IMG/VR virus record: IMGVR_UViG_3300028557_000038
Span: 2,072 to 66,071 of that record
Reading direction: 5' to 3' (one strand)
DNA length: 64,000 bases
Source: a virus
Taxonomy: Duplodnaviria > Caudoviricetes
Below the pieces are notes generated by a model that searched no databases, was not told the origin of the DNA, and saw only the letters and a program-made list of their open reading frames with translations. Numbering within the stretch: position 1 is the first letter of the stretch; each line of letters starts with the position of its first letter. Both the position numbers and the translations under genes were made by a program. Positions 1-9,662 of this stretch are shown here, one piece after another.

Positions 1-176
1 CGTTGGTGGTTAACATCTACACCAATATCAATCACTCCACCAGAGTGTCCAAAGGTCATGAACCCAACTCGTTCACCTTTGTGATGAGCCTCTATGGTGT
101 GCTCAGTCCAAGGTTCTTCTCCTTCATTGCTGTAGGAGTGTGTATACGGAAATTGTTTAGGATTGAGGTTGCTCAT
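1..176 (-). CDS. Partial (runs off window) GNAT-like protein with N-terminal MSNLNPKQF tag
   Basis: Not in ORF track; ATG at 176 reads MSNLNPKQFPYTHSY...VGFMTFGHSGGVIDIGVDVNHQR, resembling the start of GNAT motif A. Confidence 0.6.
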   Translation of the reverse strand, partial: MSNLNPKQFPYTHSYSNEGEEPWTEHTIEAHHKGERVGFMTFGHSGGVIDIGVDVNHQ

Positions 177-190
177 ATGCTCTTGGGCGC

Positions 191-589
191 TCATCCGTGC
201 TCCACAGGTATTAACATGTTAGGGTCGATATCGTGGGCGGCTGCAATTCTGTGGTGTCCATCCATGACGATATTGCCTGATGGCGGTATGTATGCTGGAT
301 TAACATCCTTGATGACACTTGTTAACGAAGACTTCTCGTAAGCCGAAGGCTTTACATTTGAGATGTAGACAGGCTTTGATACGCCGTGGGCTGCAATTGA
401 GTCGTAGAGTCCAGACTTACGTGACTCACCTAACTTCTGGTCCATGACTGTCTTTTCAATCTCATGGGCAGGAGTTCTTCCTGCATCCCAGATCTTTGCA
501 GACTCGACATCACCTAATCTTGTAGCACGTAACTCTTTGGCGGTCTTGTACATGTCCAACTGCTTCCATTGACGACCTAAGTTGCTCAT
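191..589 (-). CDS. ParB/Srx-like nuclease-domain protein
   Basis: LYDSIAAHGVSKPV and VMDGHHRIAAA motifs typical of ParB N-terminal domains; start MSNLGRQW at 589. Confidence 0.7.
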   Translation of the reverse strand: MSNLGRQWKQLDMYKTAKELRATRLGDVESAKIWDAGRTPAHEIEKTVMDQKLGESRKSGLYDSIAAHGVSKPVYISNVKPSAYEKSSLTSVIKDVNPAYIPPSGNIVMDGHHRIAAAHDIDPNMLIPVEHG

Positions 590-1059
590 CAGTACCACGG
601 AGTCCCTTGAACAGTGATGTCAGGGTTACTGCTCTGAGTTTTTTGCATAATCTTTGCACTGCCTTCATTCATTAACTTTCCAAAGTCAACACTTCTTGGA
701 GTCTTAGAGGTCACTAGTTGCTCTATTGCTTTTTGTGCAACACCGCTCTTTTGTAAGTGCTCCGCTGTCTTCATGTAATGAACCTTTAAGTGATCTCCGT
801 TTTGTTCATAGTCAACAAACCCAGCGGCGTTCTCTCCTGCACCTGGTACTTTTTCTACTCTAGGTTTTTTTAGACTTCTTCCACTAGGTCCACGCCAAAC
901 TTTTTGCTCTGTGTCTGCAATGTATGTGTCGTACTTATTGGGAGTGCCTGCATCAGGGTGGCGGAGGGTAAGTCTTTGAACAGGGCCTCGTGCACTATCG
1001 TACGGCAGAGGGCTTGGAGACTCTTCAAATGTGAATTGACCAGGGTTCAGGTTGCTCAT
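589..1059 (-). CDS. GNAT-like protein with MSNLNPGQF tag
   Basis: AGFVDY...LKVHYMKTAEHLQKSGVAQKAIEQL resembles acetyl-CoA binding motif A. Confidence 0.5.
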   Translation of the reverse strand: MSNLNPGQFTFEESPSPLPYDSARGPVQRLTLRHPDAGTPNKYDTYIADTEQKVWRGPSGRSLKKPRVEKVPGAGENAAGFVDYEQNGDHLKVHYMKTAEHLQKSGVAQKAIEQLVTSKTPRSVDFGKLMNEGSAKIMQKTQSSNPDITVQGTPWY

Positions 1060-1565
1060 CGGTACCCTGGATCTGCTTTAGCCTCATTAAGATTTCTGTG
1101 ATACTTAACAGGGAAGATGTGATCTTTGAACTGCTCTGCAGATAATGCCACTCTGTGGTGACCACCTAGTATCTGGCCTTGAGTTTCTGCGTTGCCAATC
1201 TGCACCGCGATGTGACCAGGCATGCCAGATTGATTGGCTCTATCTGCCAGTGTGCTCTTACGTGAGATGCCGTACTTCTGAGGTGTTCCCATTGCAAAAT
1301 TTATTTCTCCGAAGCGCTCTTCACCCGTCTGCTTGGATTCTTTTAGTTTGCGATCCCATAGTTCGCTATCGCTCTCTTTGCGCTCACCGTGGTCGTAGCG
1401 ATTGGCTCTCTCGTTAGGTGGAAGCCGAACTGTCCTCTTGTCACCTTCAAGAGGTGGGAAGTGCTCTTTGATCTCTGGGCCAGTCATGAACATAGGCTGA
1501 TAGCCAGCCTTCATCGCCTTACCTAAGTCTTTGGGAGGCGTCATCTTCTTCATGTTCTTGCTCAT
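1056..1565 (-). CDS. ParB/Srx-like domain protein
   Basis: QILGGHHRVALS motif and C-terminal IFPV, similar to 191..589. Confidence 0.55.
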   Translation of the reverse strand: MSKNMKKMTPPKDLGKAMKAGYQPMFMTGPEIKEHFPPLEGDKRTVRLPPNERANRYDHGERKESDSELWDRKLKESKQTGEERFGEINFAMGTPQKYGISRKSTLADRANQSGMPGHIAVQIGNAETQGQILGGHHRVALSAEQFKDHIFPVKYHRNLNEAKADPGYR

Positions 1566-1954
1566 CGTCCACGTCCTTTGTCTGCTTGCTTTTGTATGCC
1601 GCGATTCTTTTCAACCTTGCGCTGCTTAGCACCGATCGCTGTCTTTCTTGCGAGGCCTACTAGATCGTGGAACTGTGCATTGTTAGAATCGATAAGCCCT
1701 GCAATGTGGGCTAAGTTCTTATTGTTGGTAGAGACTCCCATGTGGCCTAATCCAGCCAAGAACATGTTGGTGCCGATCTTCTTAGGATGGTTACCTAACT
1801 CAGCGGCAATGGCTGCACGATGATCACCTGGTGTCTTTGGTAATCCTTCACCCTTGCGCTCAGGTGTGTTCACACCCGCTGCTGCTGGTGTAAGGAAGCC
1901 CTGGAACTGAGCACCAGATACTAGCGTGGTATGTGGCTTTGGTCTGCTCGTCAT
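1562..1954 (-). CDS. Hypothetical basic protein
   Basis: ATG at 1954 (MTSRPKPH), overlapping start of next gene; carries LVSGAQF near the N-terminus. Confidence 0.6.
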   Translation of the reverse strand: MTSRPKPHTTLVSGAQFQGFLTPAAAGVNTPERKGEGLPKTPGDHRAAIAAELGNHPKKIGTNMFLAGLGHMGVSTNNKNLAHIAGLIDSNNAQFHDLVGLARKTAIGAKQRKVEKNRGIQKQADKGRGR

Positions 1955-2035
1955 GTGGCTATTTTTGCACCTTTTGGCTACTGTGTCAGAACATAGAGGT
2001 GAAATCTTGTGATTTAGGGGAGGTACACTTCTTCT

Positions 2036-2695
2036 GTGGAAAAACAGACTCAAGACCTCACTAAGTTTATCAATGCTGGAATAAAGAATTTTCAAGAGGC
2101 TAATGAGAAGAAGAGGGCAGCGGCTGCTCAACGCAAGGAACTAGAGCAAAAACAACGAGAAGAACGTCAACGGGCTGCTTTAATTCGTAAATTAACAAAA
2201 TTAATCAAAAAATACATACGAGAACAAGAAAAGATACGTTTAAGTGCTCAACACGGAACAGTAATTGGCGATTACGATCGCTGTCGTAGAAACAATCGAG
2301 TGGCTTGTGCGCCTTGCAAGGCTGTGGCTGCTGAGTACGTCCGTGTCAAATGGGCTAGTGACCCCACGTACAAGGCTAAAGAGAAAGAGTACTACAAGAA
2401 GAATCCTCATAAAAGAGGGATAAGCAGCAACAAGAACCGTGTAAAGGGCGGAAAACACCGATCATATACACGAAGTCAAGTTATTGAGCGTGATGGTCTT
2501 AATTGCTACCTCTGCAATATCCCAGTTGACTTCACCGCCCCTCACAGTCAAGGGCAACCTGGCTGGGAAACATACCCACATCTTGACCATGTGGTGCCCT
2601 TAGCCCTTGGTGGGGACGATACCCTCGAAAATGTCAAGTTAGCCCACGCAAAATGCAACATTGACAAGGGCGTTCGGCTACTGCCTTCATCCTGA
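2036..2695 (+). CDS. HNH endonuclease
   Basis: RDGLNCYLC...HLDHVVPLALGGDDTLENVKLAHAKCN HNH signature; GGAGG RBS upstream. Confidence 0.85.
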   Translation: MEKQTQDLTKFINAGIKNFQEANEKKRAAAAQRKELEQKQREERQRAALIRKLTKLIKKYIREQEKIRLSAQHGTVIGDYDRCRRNNRVACAPCKAVAAEYVRVKWASDPTYKAKEKEYYKKNPHKRGISSNKNRVKGGKHRSYTRSQVIERDGLNCYLCNIPVDFTAPHSQGQPGWETYPHLDHVVPLALGGDDTLENVKLAHAKCNIDKGVRLLPSS

Positions 2696-2827
2696 CCTCT
2701 CAACCGTGGCTGACACTTGGCCGAGCCATGCGGGTGAGCGCGTTAATGATGGGGGGGTCAACTTATTTTCATCATGTTTACATCATCACCTGACTACTAA
2801 TCAGGTGTGAATGTGTAAACACATGCG

Positions 2828-3125
2828 TTGTTATCAGGTTGTACCAATGATCTGATGACAATCTTGGTGACGATGCAACGATGCAACTTCGGCTACTGCA
2901 TTCTGAATCAGATTGCCTGTGTGCATACCACCAGCCTGTCAGCAACTCCAGCCACTTGTTATCAGGTAGCAACTAACTATTGATCTGTTGTCATCTCATC
3001 TACATACTTACTACCTGTTGCTATGTGTATCAGTTAGTTATCTCTATTAACAGGTTGTACCAACAATCAGTACTAGTAACCAATCTAGTAACCGATTGAT
3101 CTATCTATCTCTCTATCTCTATCTA
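2828..3125. repeat. Non-coding region with short direct repeats
   Basis: TTGTTATCAGGT at 2828 and 2956; CAGGTTGTACCAA at 2835 and 3051 (variant at 3852); CTAT/CT low-complexity run ~3101-3125. Confidence 0.6.
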
Positions 3126-3132
3126 GTCATCA

Positions 3133-3552
3133 CTATCGTTGTTCTGTATCAGGGGTGCTATCGCCCCCCTGTGACCCCCCATACTGAAAATGAGTGCGCT
3201 CTAAATAATCAATCGCTCTCTTCATCACTTCAACATCATCTTTCAATAAACCAATTCCACGATTACAGTTATTGCACAGATACCCACGAACTCGATTCGT
3301 TTTGTGATCGTGATCTACCGCTAATTTTTTTGTGGTGTTCTCTTCATGTATTCCACAGATCGCACACTTGTAATCTTGATCTTCTTTTATCACTAATAAT
3401 TCTTGGTAACTAATTCCAAACACTCTCGGCAATCTCTTCATTCGCTTTCGTGACGATCTACAACTCATGCAAATCTTTCGGTGATAGCCATGACCTGTTT
3501 TCTCATAACGATCGAGTGGCTTTTCTACTTGGCACTCTCGGCATTCACGCAT
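3133..3552 (-). CDS. Endonuclease VII-family protein
   Basis: CAIC...LAVDHDHKTNRVRGYLCNNCNRGIGLLKDD signature. Confidence 0.85.
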   Translation of the reverse strand: MRECRECQVEKPLDRYEKTGHGYHRKICMSCRSSRKRMKRLPRVFGISYQELLVIKEDQDYKCAICGIHEENTTKKLAVDHDHKTNRVRGYLCNNCNRGIGLLKDDVEVMKRAIDYLERTHFQYGGSQGGDSTPDTEQR

Positions 3553-3879
3553 CGAACTAATGTAATTGAACTTTCAACTATTCGCTCGGACTTACTTTCA
3601 GCACTAGCGATCTTGGCAGTTACTTCGGGCTATGTGACCCCGATCACATCTCACGCTCAAACTGCCCCGATCAGCCTCACGCTCAATCCCTCTCACAAGC
3701 CTTCTATGGGCTCTCTAACGGCTTTACCCCCAATACTGGAATAAGAACCCTATTCAGGGGGCGTTCGTGTCTCTGTGGCTGATCTGAAAGGGGCGATTTA
3801 TCTCGATCAGGATTAACAGGATTCTCGCCACGCCTGAGTAACCCCTATGAACAGGGTGTACCAACTTGTCGTACAGGTA

Positions 3880-3888
3880 TGCCATACT
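3880..3888 (+). promoter_or_regulatory. Putative extended -10 promoter for the plus-strand early transcript
   Basis: TG-C-CATACT just upstream of the structured leader. Confidence 0.4.
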
Positions 3889-3899
3889 TCTCTCAGTAG

Positions 3900-4555
3900 C
3901 GCACTCGATGTGTGACTTCCGATTTCAGAATCCTCTAGGGGCAAATCGGAAAATCATTCAAAGTGAAAAAAGCGAATCGTTAAAACTGGCAACAGGCTTT
4001 AACAATAATTTAATAATAAATAAACATCGGTGTAGCAACCTGCGAAAGATTTCCCTTAGTGGAAAGTACTTGTGTGACGATCACTTTATTTATTTATTAT
4101 TCATAGTGACTAAGAAACTGCGATTTATTTATTCGGTATTGATTACTACTAGTGATCAGTTACTAAGGCAGAAGGTGTGCGGTCGGACTATACGATGCAA
4201 TAACACCGAATTAAATAATCGATTCGATCATGCTTGCTACGGCGATGCGAATGTAACTAGTAATTACATTCAAGCGGTATTTCAAGGGCGCGGATTAACG
4301 ATTACGAAAGTGATTGTGAATAGCAGTAGGGCTTAGGGAACGAAGTGTGGAGATCGTCATGTAATTAGTGACGGAATGTTTCTACTAGTGAATGCAGGTG
4401 GTAACCAATCCAACCGATTGCACATTGAAACTAATTACAACAACAACGATCAGCACTTCTGCTTATGTGTTAATAGTGATCGATCATCGTAAACAATCAG
4501 CGAATTGTCTCGGTGATCGATCGCTATGGATACATAATCGAATGTATTCAATCCA
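3900..4555 (+). ncRNA. Large structured non-coding RNA (leader of early operon), family unassigned
   Basis: Nested stems: 3917-3925/3943-3951; CTG-GCAA-CAG at 3986-3995; ACGATTAC-GAAA-GTGATTGT at 4298-4317; 4360-4368/4431-4439; 4474-4489/4511-4526; G-U pairs and GNRA loops favour plus-strand RNA. Confidence 0.75.
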
Positions 4556-4587
4556 CTAGTAACTACAAAAGGAAACGGAAAACAAAA

Positions 4588-4830
4588 ATGACAAACAAAA
4601 CAGTAATTGGAACAACAGGTGTGTGGGATTTCTACGACACCAACACACAGAAGTATCTTTATTCATTCAAAGGATTTCTAAGTAAGAAAACACGAATTAA
4701 GTTTCATAAAAACGGATTCGTTCATGTCAATCTTTCAACAAACTTCACTCCATGTGGAGTAGCACCCACAAAACGAGTATTCAACAGAGAATTGCAAAAG
4801 GCTCTAACTACAAAATTGGAAAACAACTAA
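4588..4830 (+). CDS. Hypothetical early protein
   Basis: ATG at 4588 after AAGGAAACGGA; first gene of a tightly packed operon. Confidence 0.6.
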   Translation: MTNKTVIGTTGVWDFYDTNTQKYLYSFKGFLSKKTRIKFHKNGFVHVNLSTNFTPCGVAPTKRVFNRELQKALTTKLENN

Positions 4831-4832
4831 AA

Positions 4833-5006
4833 ATGAGACAACAAACATTCATCGATGCAAAGGGCAACATCGTTGCTCGTGGTCGTATTACAGAGATCGC
4901 TATCGATCTATTACTAAATGACGGAACTCGCTTCTACTCAACAAAGTCAGACAACTACACACTCGACTTCATCAAGAAACTAGACATTGTAAAGGTTGCT
5001 AAATAA
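4833..5006 (+). CDS. Hypothetical protein
   Basis: ATG 2 nt after previous stop. Confidence 0.55.
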   Translation: MRQQTFIDAKGNIVARGRITEIAIDLLLNDGTRFYSTKSDNYTLDFIKKLDIVKVAK

Positions 5007-5123
5007 ATGACAATCATTCTTGATTGCGCGATCTGCGCTAAACCTTCAACCGATCTGTGGTTCGTAAAACTAAATGACAAACCTGCACTTATCTGCCGAC
5101 TATGTAATGGAGAAACTAAATGA
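5007..5123 (+). CDS. Small CxxC...CxxC zinc-ribbon protein
   Basis: MTIILDCAIC...LICRLCNGETK, abutting both neighbours. Confidence 0.5.
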   Translation: MTIILDCAICAKPSTDLWFVKLNDKPALICRLCNGETK

Positions 5124-5416
5124 CAACAACACGAACATCAAACACAAAGGCTGGCGATTACATCGCAAACCGAATTGCATTCACAGGTAACAACCTCTAC
5201 GGCGTTGTTCAATCTTTTGATTCTGTTGTTTATCAAACAGGCAGACTCCCACAAGATTTTGAAACTCAACTGCGACTTGATCGACCTTCCTACATCGTCT
5301 ATTCATACGGAACACCAATCGCTTGGCATTCTAATAGCGGTTGGTTTATGCCTAACTGCAAATACTCAGTTACAACATCAAAACATCAAAACTATGTACG
5401 AAGGGCGGTTGCATAA
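5120..5416 (+). CDS. Conserved phage hypothetical (YSYGTPIAW family)
   Basis: PSYIVYSYGTPIAWH...YSVTTSKHQ; paralogue at 22573..22890. Confidence 0.75.
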   Translation: MTTTRTSNTKAGDYIANRIAFTGNNLYGVVQSFDSVVYQTGRLPQDFETQLRLDRPSYIVYSYGTPIAWHSNSGWFMPNCKYSVTTSKHQNYVRRAVA

Positions 5417-5417
5417 C

Positions 5418-5699
5418 ATGGGTCGTTTACACGCAGAGGAATTAGCAAGCGGTGAGTTTGTTATTGATCTCGAACAACAATTAGCAATTCACTTTCAATC
5501 TAATTGCTATCCACCTGTACCTCACTTCATGATCGCCGTTGCTAAAGAAGCGATCGATGCGGTTAACAACGAACAATACGATCTCGAAATTGAATTACCT
5601 GCTGGTGTTCAATTTCGTAACTCAACAACTGTTACTGCTATCAACGCCGTTGACGGCTTGTTTCTTGGTGCTTGGATTAACAGAGATGAGGATTACTAA
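5418..5699 (+). CDS. Hypothetical protein
   Basis: ATG at 5418 (MGRLHAEE), operon packing. Confidence 0.65.
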   Translation: MGRLHAEELASGEFVIDLEQQLAIHFQSNCYPPVPHFMIAVAKEAIDAVNNEQYDLEIELPAGVQFRNSTTVTAINAVDGLFLGAWINRDEDY

Positions 5700-5794
5700 A
5701 TGACGATCTTTCTTATTGCGATCATCGCTGGCGTTGTCGGTGTACTGATTGAAAACCTGTTTCACGAACTCTCACAAAAGAATCGGGGTATCTA

Positions 5795-6061
5795 GTGAGT
5801 CACTTCAATCTCGATGAACTCGGATTACTTCACACTATGGTTGAGGTGTCCTTAGAAAACGGATTAGAAAACGATGCACCTGCAAAGATCATCGATGTAC
5901 TGCGATCTGTACTTTCAAAACTACAACCGCTTATTGAAGAAGAGTGCAACATCTTCAATGAGTTTCAAGAACTAACTACACAACTCGATGATCTGCACCT
6001 TGCATCAAAGATCATTGTGCAAAACCCTGATGCAGTTACAACCGACTACCAAAACAACTAA
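5795..6061 (+). CDS. Hypothetical protein
   Basis: ORF track, operon packing. Confidence 0.55.
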   Translation: MSHFNLDELGLLHTMVEVSLENGLENDAPAKIIDVLRSVLSKLQPLIEEECNIFNEFQELTTQLDDLHLASKIIVQNPDAVTTDYQNN

Positions 6062-6083
6062 TCACCTAGAGAAACGGAATACC

Positions 6084-6968
6084 ATGTCAACAATCGAAAC
6101 TAAGTCCTTGTTCATTCCTTCATTGGAAAAGACTTCACACTACATACCACGCACCTTTACTGGTGGCGTTACAGAAGATGCCATGTACGACTTCGCACTT
6201 GCTAACAACATGAACATCTTGATTGAAGGCGATGCTGGAACTGGTAAAACTACTTCGGCACTTGCTTACGCATCAAAACGCCACATGAACTTCTTCGCCG
6301 TTCCATGTAACTCAGCGATCGACTTCACACAGTTAATCGGTGGCTTGTTCCCTGATGCTGACGGCAAACTAAAGTGGATTGACGGCGCGATCACGAAGAT
6401 CGTTCGTGAGGGTGGCGTGTTGTTGATCAACGAACTCAACAACGCCCCTAAGAACCTCTCTCAGTACCTCATGTCACTACTCGATGATCGCCGTTCAATT
6501 ACATTGATGTCACATGACAACGAAGTAATCAACGCACACCCTGATCTTCTAGTCGTTGCAGATCAGAATCCAAACTATCGTGGAACTCAATTACTTAATG
6601 AGGCGTGGAAAGATCGCTTCGAGATTAAATTGCGATTCGATTACGACACCACGATTGAAAAGAAGATCATCACATCTTCATCACTCTTGGAACTTGCTAA
6701 CGGAATGCGTTCAACATCTCGTAGAGATGAACACGCATCAGATCGTGGCACTATCTTCGAGACACCTGTATCACCACGAATCCTAAAAACATTCGAGAAG
6801 TTAGCAAAGGGCTTGTCATTCGATTTCGCTTGCGATGTGTTCGTAAACAATTTCACCGATGAAGAGCGACCTGCGGTCAAGATGCTTCTCGAAGGTACTT
6901 CATACAACATCAGAGAAGAACTCGGACTCGATGTCGATGCGATCACAACTGAATACGCACAGGCTTAA
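6084..6968 (+). CDS. MoxR/CbbQ/CobS-like AAA+ ATPase
   Basis: Walker A GDAGTGKT, Walker B-like LLINE, NPNYRGTQLLNEAWKDRF; ATG at 6084. Confidence 0.9.
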   Translation: MSTIETKSLFIPSLEKTSHYIPRTFTGGVTEDAMYDFALANNMNILIEGDAGTGKTTSALAYASKRHMNFFAVPCNSAIDFTQLIGGLFPDADGKLKWIDGAITKIVREGGVLLINELNNAPKNLSQYLMSLLDDRRSITLMSHDNEVINAHPDLLVVADQNPNYRGTQLLNEAWKDRFEIKLRFDYDTTIEKKIITSSSLLELANGMRSTSRRDEHASDRGTIFETPVSPRILKTFEKLAKGLSFDFACDVFVNNFTDEERPAVKMLLEGTSYNIREELGLDVDAITTEYAQA

Positions 6969-6970
6969 CA

Positions 6971-8944
6971 ATGTGTGCTTGCGGTAAATGTCCGTCATGC
7001 AAACGACAGAATGGAGTAAGTGTGAGTTATCACGATGCCGTTAAACAATGGGAACTAGACATACTTGGTGAAACTCGTGAGTCACTTCGATCACAAGCGA
7101 TTAAGGCAGAAGAGAAGAAACAACGACTAGAGCGATTCACACAATTCTTCGGTCGTGTTAATTCTGCATTCACTTTCCGCAAGGTAACTGTCAATGTCGA
7201 GAACTCAACAATGGAAGCACCTGCTTGGTCAGGTTCATCAACTGTCACATTCAACTCTCGTGTCATTGGTGACCTTAACGATGCTAAATCAATCGCTGGT
7301 GTTAAGGGGCTTGATCTCCACGAGATCAGCCACATTCTCTATACATCTCGTGAAGGTTCTGAAATCTTCGACTTCGTTAGCGATAACAATTACTTCATGG
7401 CATACAACGCACTTGAAGATCAGAGAATCGAAACTCTCTTTACGGCAAAGTATCCTTCAACGATCGATTGGTTTACTGCCACGATCTTGATTCACTTCGT
7501 TGATAACAAAGAGTCATTCACTAACTCTTATCCGCTATTGCGTGGTCGTAGATACCTGCCTGTCGAGTTAAGAGCGCAATCTCGTAACGCTTACCCTGAA
7601 CAAGATCAGATCGATGAAATCTGTTCAATCGTTGATCAATACCGCACTCTTATCTTTCCTGCTGATACTGAAATAGGAAAAGATTTAATTGCGCGATTTA
7701 ACGATCTATTGCCAAAGGGTGACGGCTCAGGCAACGGCACAGGTAGTGGCAACACCGCCTCTCTGAGCCCTGCTGGTGCTGGTCAAGAGGGCGATGTAGT
7801 CCTTCGCATCAATGACCCATTCGGTCATGGCAAGCGACCACAAGAGGGCTTGGAATCCTCTGCCACTTCACGACCTGTTGCACCAAAGAAACAAGAGAAA
7901 GATCGTGATCGCTCACAACAACTCGACAAAGAAGATGATGCACAACTATCTGAACAACTGAAATCAAAACCTGTTATCGATGTTGACATCAACGACATTG
8001 ATTTCGATTTCGATGATCAAGATTCAGATCAGGATTCATCTTCTAGTGAGGCTGGCGATTCTGCTGGTGATCTTGTTTATACATTGATCGAAGATTTATT
8101 AGAAAACATTCTTGATTCTAATGAAACTGAAATCAATGACATCTTGCGACAGATTGGTGGCTTACCTTCTCTTGCTACTAACAACTCCAAAGAACCTGAA
8201 CTCGATCAGTTTCGTGTTCTGCAACCTGATGCAAATACTTTCCAAGCATCGCTTTCATTCGGTCGTGAACTCGAAAGATTGAAGGCATCGTTCGACCCTG
8301 CATGGGATAAGTACGAGTCACAAGGTCGCTTGTCTGCACATCGCTACTTGCGTGGTGATGAACTCGACACAGTATTCGATCAATGGAACGAAGGTCGTGA
8401 AGATGCGACCGAGATCGAATGCGTGATCATTCTCGACAACTCAGGTTCAATGAATGGACACAAAGCCTCTTCTGCTTACAAAGCCATGTACGCAATTAAG
8501 AAGGCACTCGATCGTGTTAATGCAAACACAACTGTTATCACTTTCAACGATCATGCTAATACTCTCTATCGTGCAACTGATCGTGCTAATAACACAATTC
8601 GTGATGCTGGTTGTGGTGGTGGAACTGATGCAACTGAGGCGATCACTTACGCAACAAAGTTACTTGCTGAAACTGAAAAGCCTGTACGAATCTTCTTCGC
8701 AATTACTGACGGAGAGTGGTCAGGCAATCAAGATGCTAATCACGACACGATCAAGCGCATGGCTCGTGCTGGTGTGCTAACTGCATTCGCTTACATTCCC
8801 GAAAGCGATCAGCAGGTTGAACTAACAACAGAGAAGGCTCACTATTGCGAGATCGCTTCTGTTGTTCGTAATCCATTCGATCTTGTTTACATGGCGAAAT
8901 CAATCGTGAAGTACGCGATCTCTCGCCGTCTCGTAAACAACTAA
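6971..8944 (+). CDS. VWA-domain protein with N-terminal HExxH (CobT-like partner of the AAA+ ATPase)
   Basis: LHEISH, acidic linker, MIDAS DNSGSM, GGGT and ITDG motifs. Confidence 0.85.
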   Translation: MCACGKCPSCKRQNGVSVSYHDAVKQWELDILGETRESLRSQAIKAEEKKQRLERFTQFFGRVNSAFTFRKVTVNVENSTMEAPAWSGSSTVTFNSRVIGDLNDAKSIAGVKGLDLHEISHILYTSREGSEIFDFVSDNNYFMAYNALEDQRIETLFTAKYPSTIDWFTATILIHFVDNKESFTNSYPLLRGRRYLPVELRAQSRNAYPEQDQIDEICSIVDQYRTLIFPADTEIGKDLIARFNDLLPKGDGSGNGTGSGNTASLSPAGAGQEGDVVLRINDPFGHGKRPQEGLESSATSRPVAPKKQEKDRDRSQQLDKEDDAQLSEQLKSKPVIDVDINDIDFDFDDQDSDQDSSSSEAGDSAGDLVYTLIEDLLENILDSNETEINDILRQIGGLPSLATNNSKEPELDQFRVLQPDANTFQASLSFGRELERLKASFDPAWDKYESQGRLSAHRYLRGDELDTVFDQWNEGREDATEIECVIILDNSGSMNGHKASSAYKAMYAIKKALDRVNANTTVITFNDHANTLYRATDRANNTIRDAGCGGGTDATEAITYATKLLAETEKPVRIFFAITDGEWSGNQDANHDTIKRMARAGVLTAFAYIPESDQQVELTTEKAHYCEIASVVRNPFDLVYMAKSIVKYAISRRLVNN

Positions 8945-8946
8945 CT

Positions 8947-9005
8947 GTCACTCTCTAGGTGACTCGGTGAAGTGCGTTACTCGTGGAAGGCTGGCGCACT
9001 TCACC
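8947..9005 (+). other. Intergenic hairpins (processing or attenuation site)
   Basis: GTCAC/GTGAC hairpin, then 11-bp stem GGTGAAGTGCG (8966)/CGCACTTCACC (8995); no clean U-tract. Confidence 0.55.
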
Positions 9006-9041
9006 ACTTAACTTTCAATTACAACTAAGGAGAATAAATAA

Positions 9042-9662
9042 ATGAAATCAGCAGAACTTCAAGTCGGTGTTAGGTACGGAGTTATTCCTTCATGGGATTA
9101 TTCATCAGCAGATAAGAAAGACCCGACAAAGGTGCAACGCCGTAATGTTGCTAACTCAGCGTTAGTGTCGTTAGAAAAGTACGAATACAAGGTGTATCGA
9201 TCAGACAATCCTGATGATGCACAATTCACTCCTGCACCAAAGGGAAGTCGATCTGTCGGTTACTTGGTTCGATCTTCTGATTGGGCTGGTAACGGCTCAA
9301 CTGGTGACATCTACTGGCTCGCAAGGGCTCAGGACATCGTTGCTGAGTACGCCACTCTCGAAACTCGTTGGGTTACCGAAGAGGCAGAAGAGAAGGCTCG
9401 TGAGGCTCAATGGAAGGCAGAGCGTGAAGCCAAAGAGCAACAAGAGCGACTCGAAAGAGAGAAGGCTCAGCGCACCATTGATGCGGTTAAAGAATCTCTT
9501 CGATCACTAATCGGCAATCGCGTTGACAAGATCGACTTCGACATTCGCAATCGCAGATTAGAAAACGGAAACTATGGACTTAGTGCATCGGCACAGATCG
9601 ATGTACGAGTACTGCAATCACTTATTGAAAAGGTACTAGAGGCACAGGACAGGGTGGCGTAA
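9042..9662 (+). CDS. Hypothetical protein with coiled-coil
   Basis: 206 aa, AAGGAG RBS. Confidence 0.75.
   Translation: MKSAELQVGVRYGVIPSWDYSSADKKDPTKVQRRNVANSALVSLEKYEYKVYRSDNPDDAQFTPAPKGSRSVGYLVRSSDWAGNGSTGDIYWLARAQDIVAEYATLETRWVTEEAEEKAREAQWKAEREAKEQQERLEREKAQRTIDAVKESLRSLIGNRVDKIDFDIRNRRLENGNYGLSASAQIDVRVLQSLIEKVLEAQDRVA

Noticed and set aside
3866-4336. 156-aa plus-strand ORF
   Set aside because: No RBS, atypical composition, and overlaps the densely base-paired RNA region; probably spurious.
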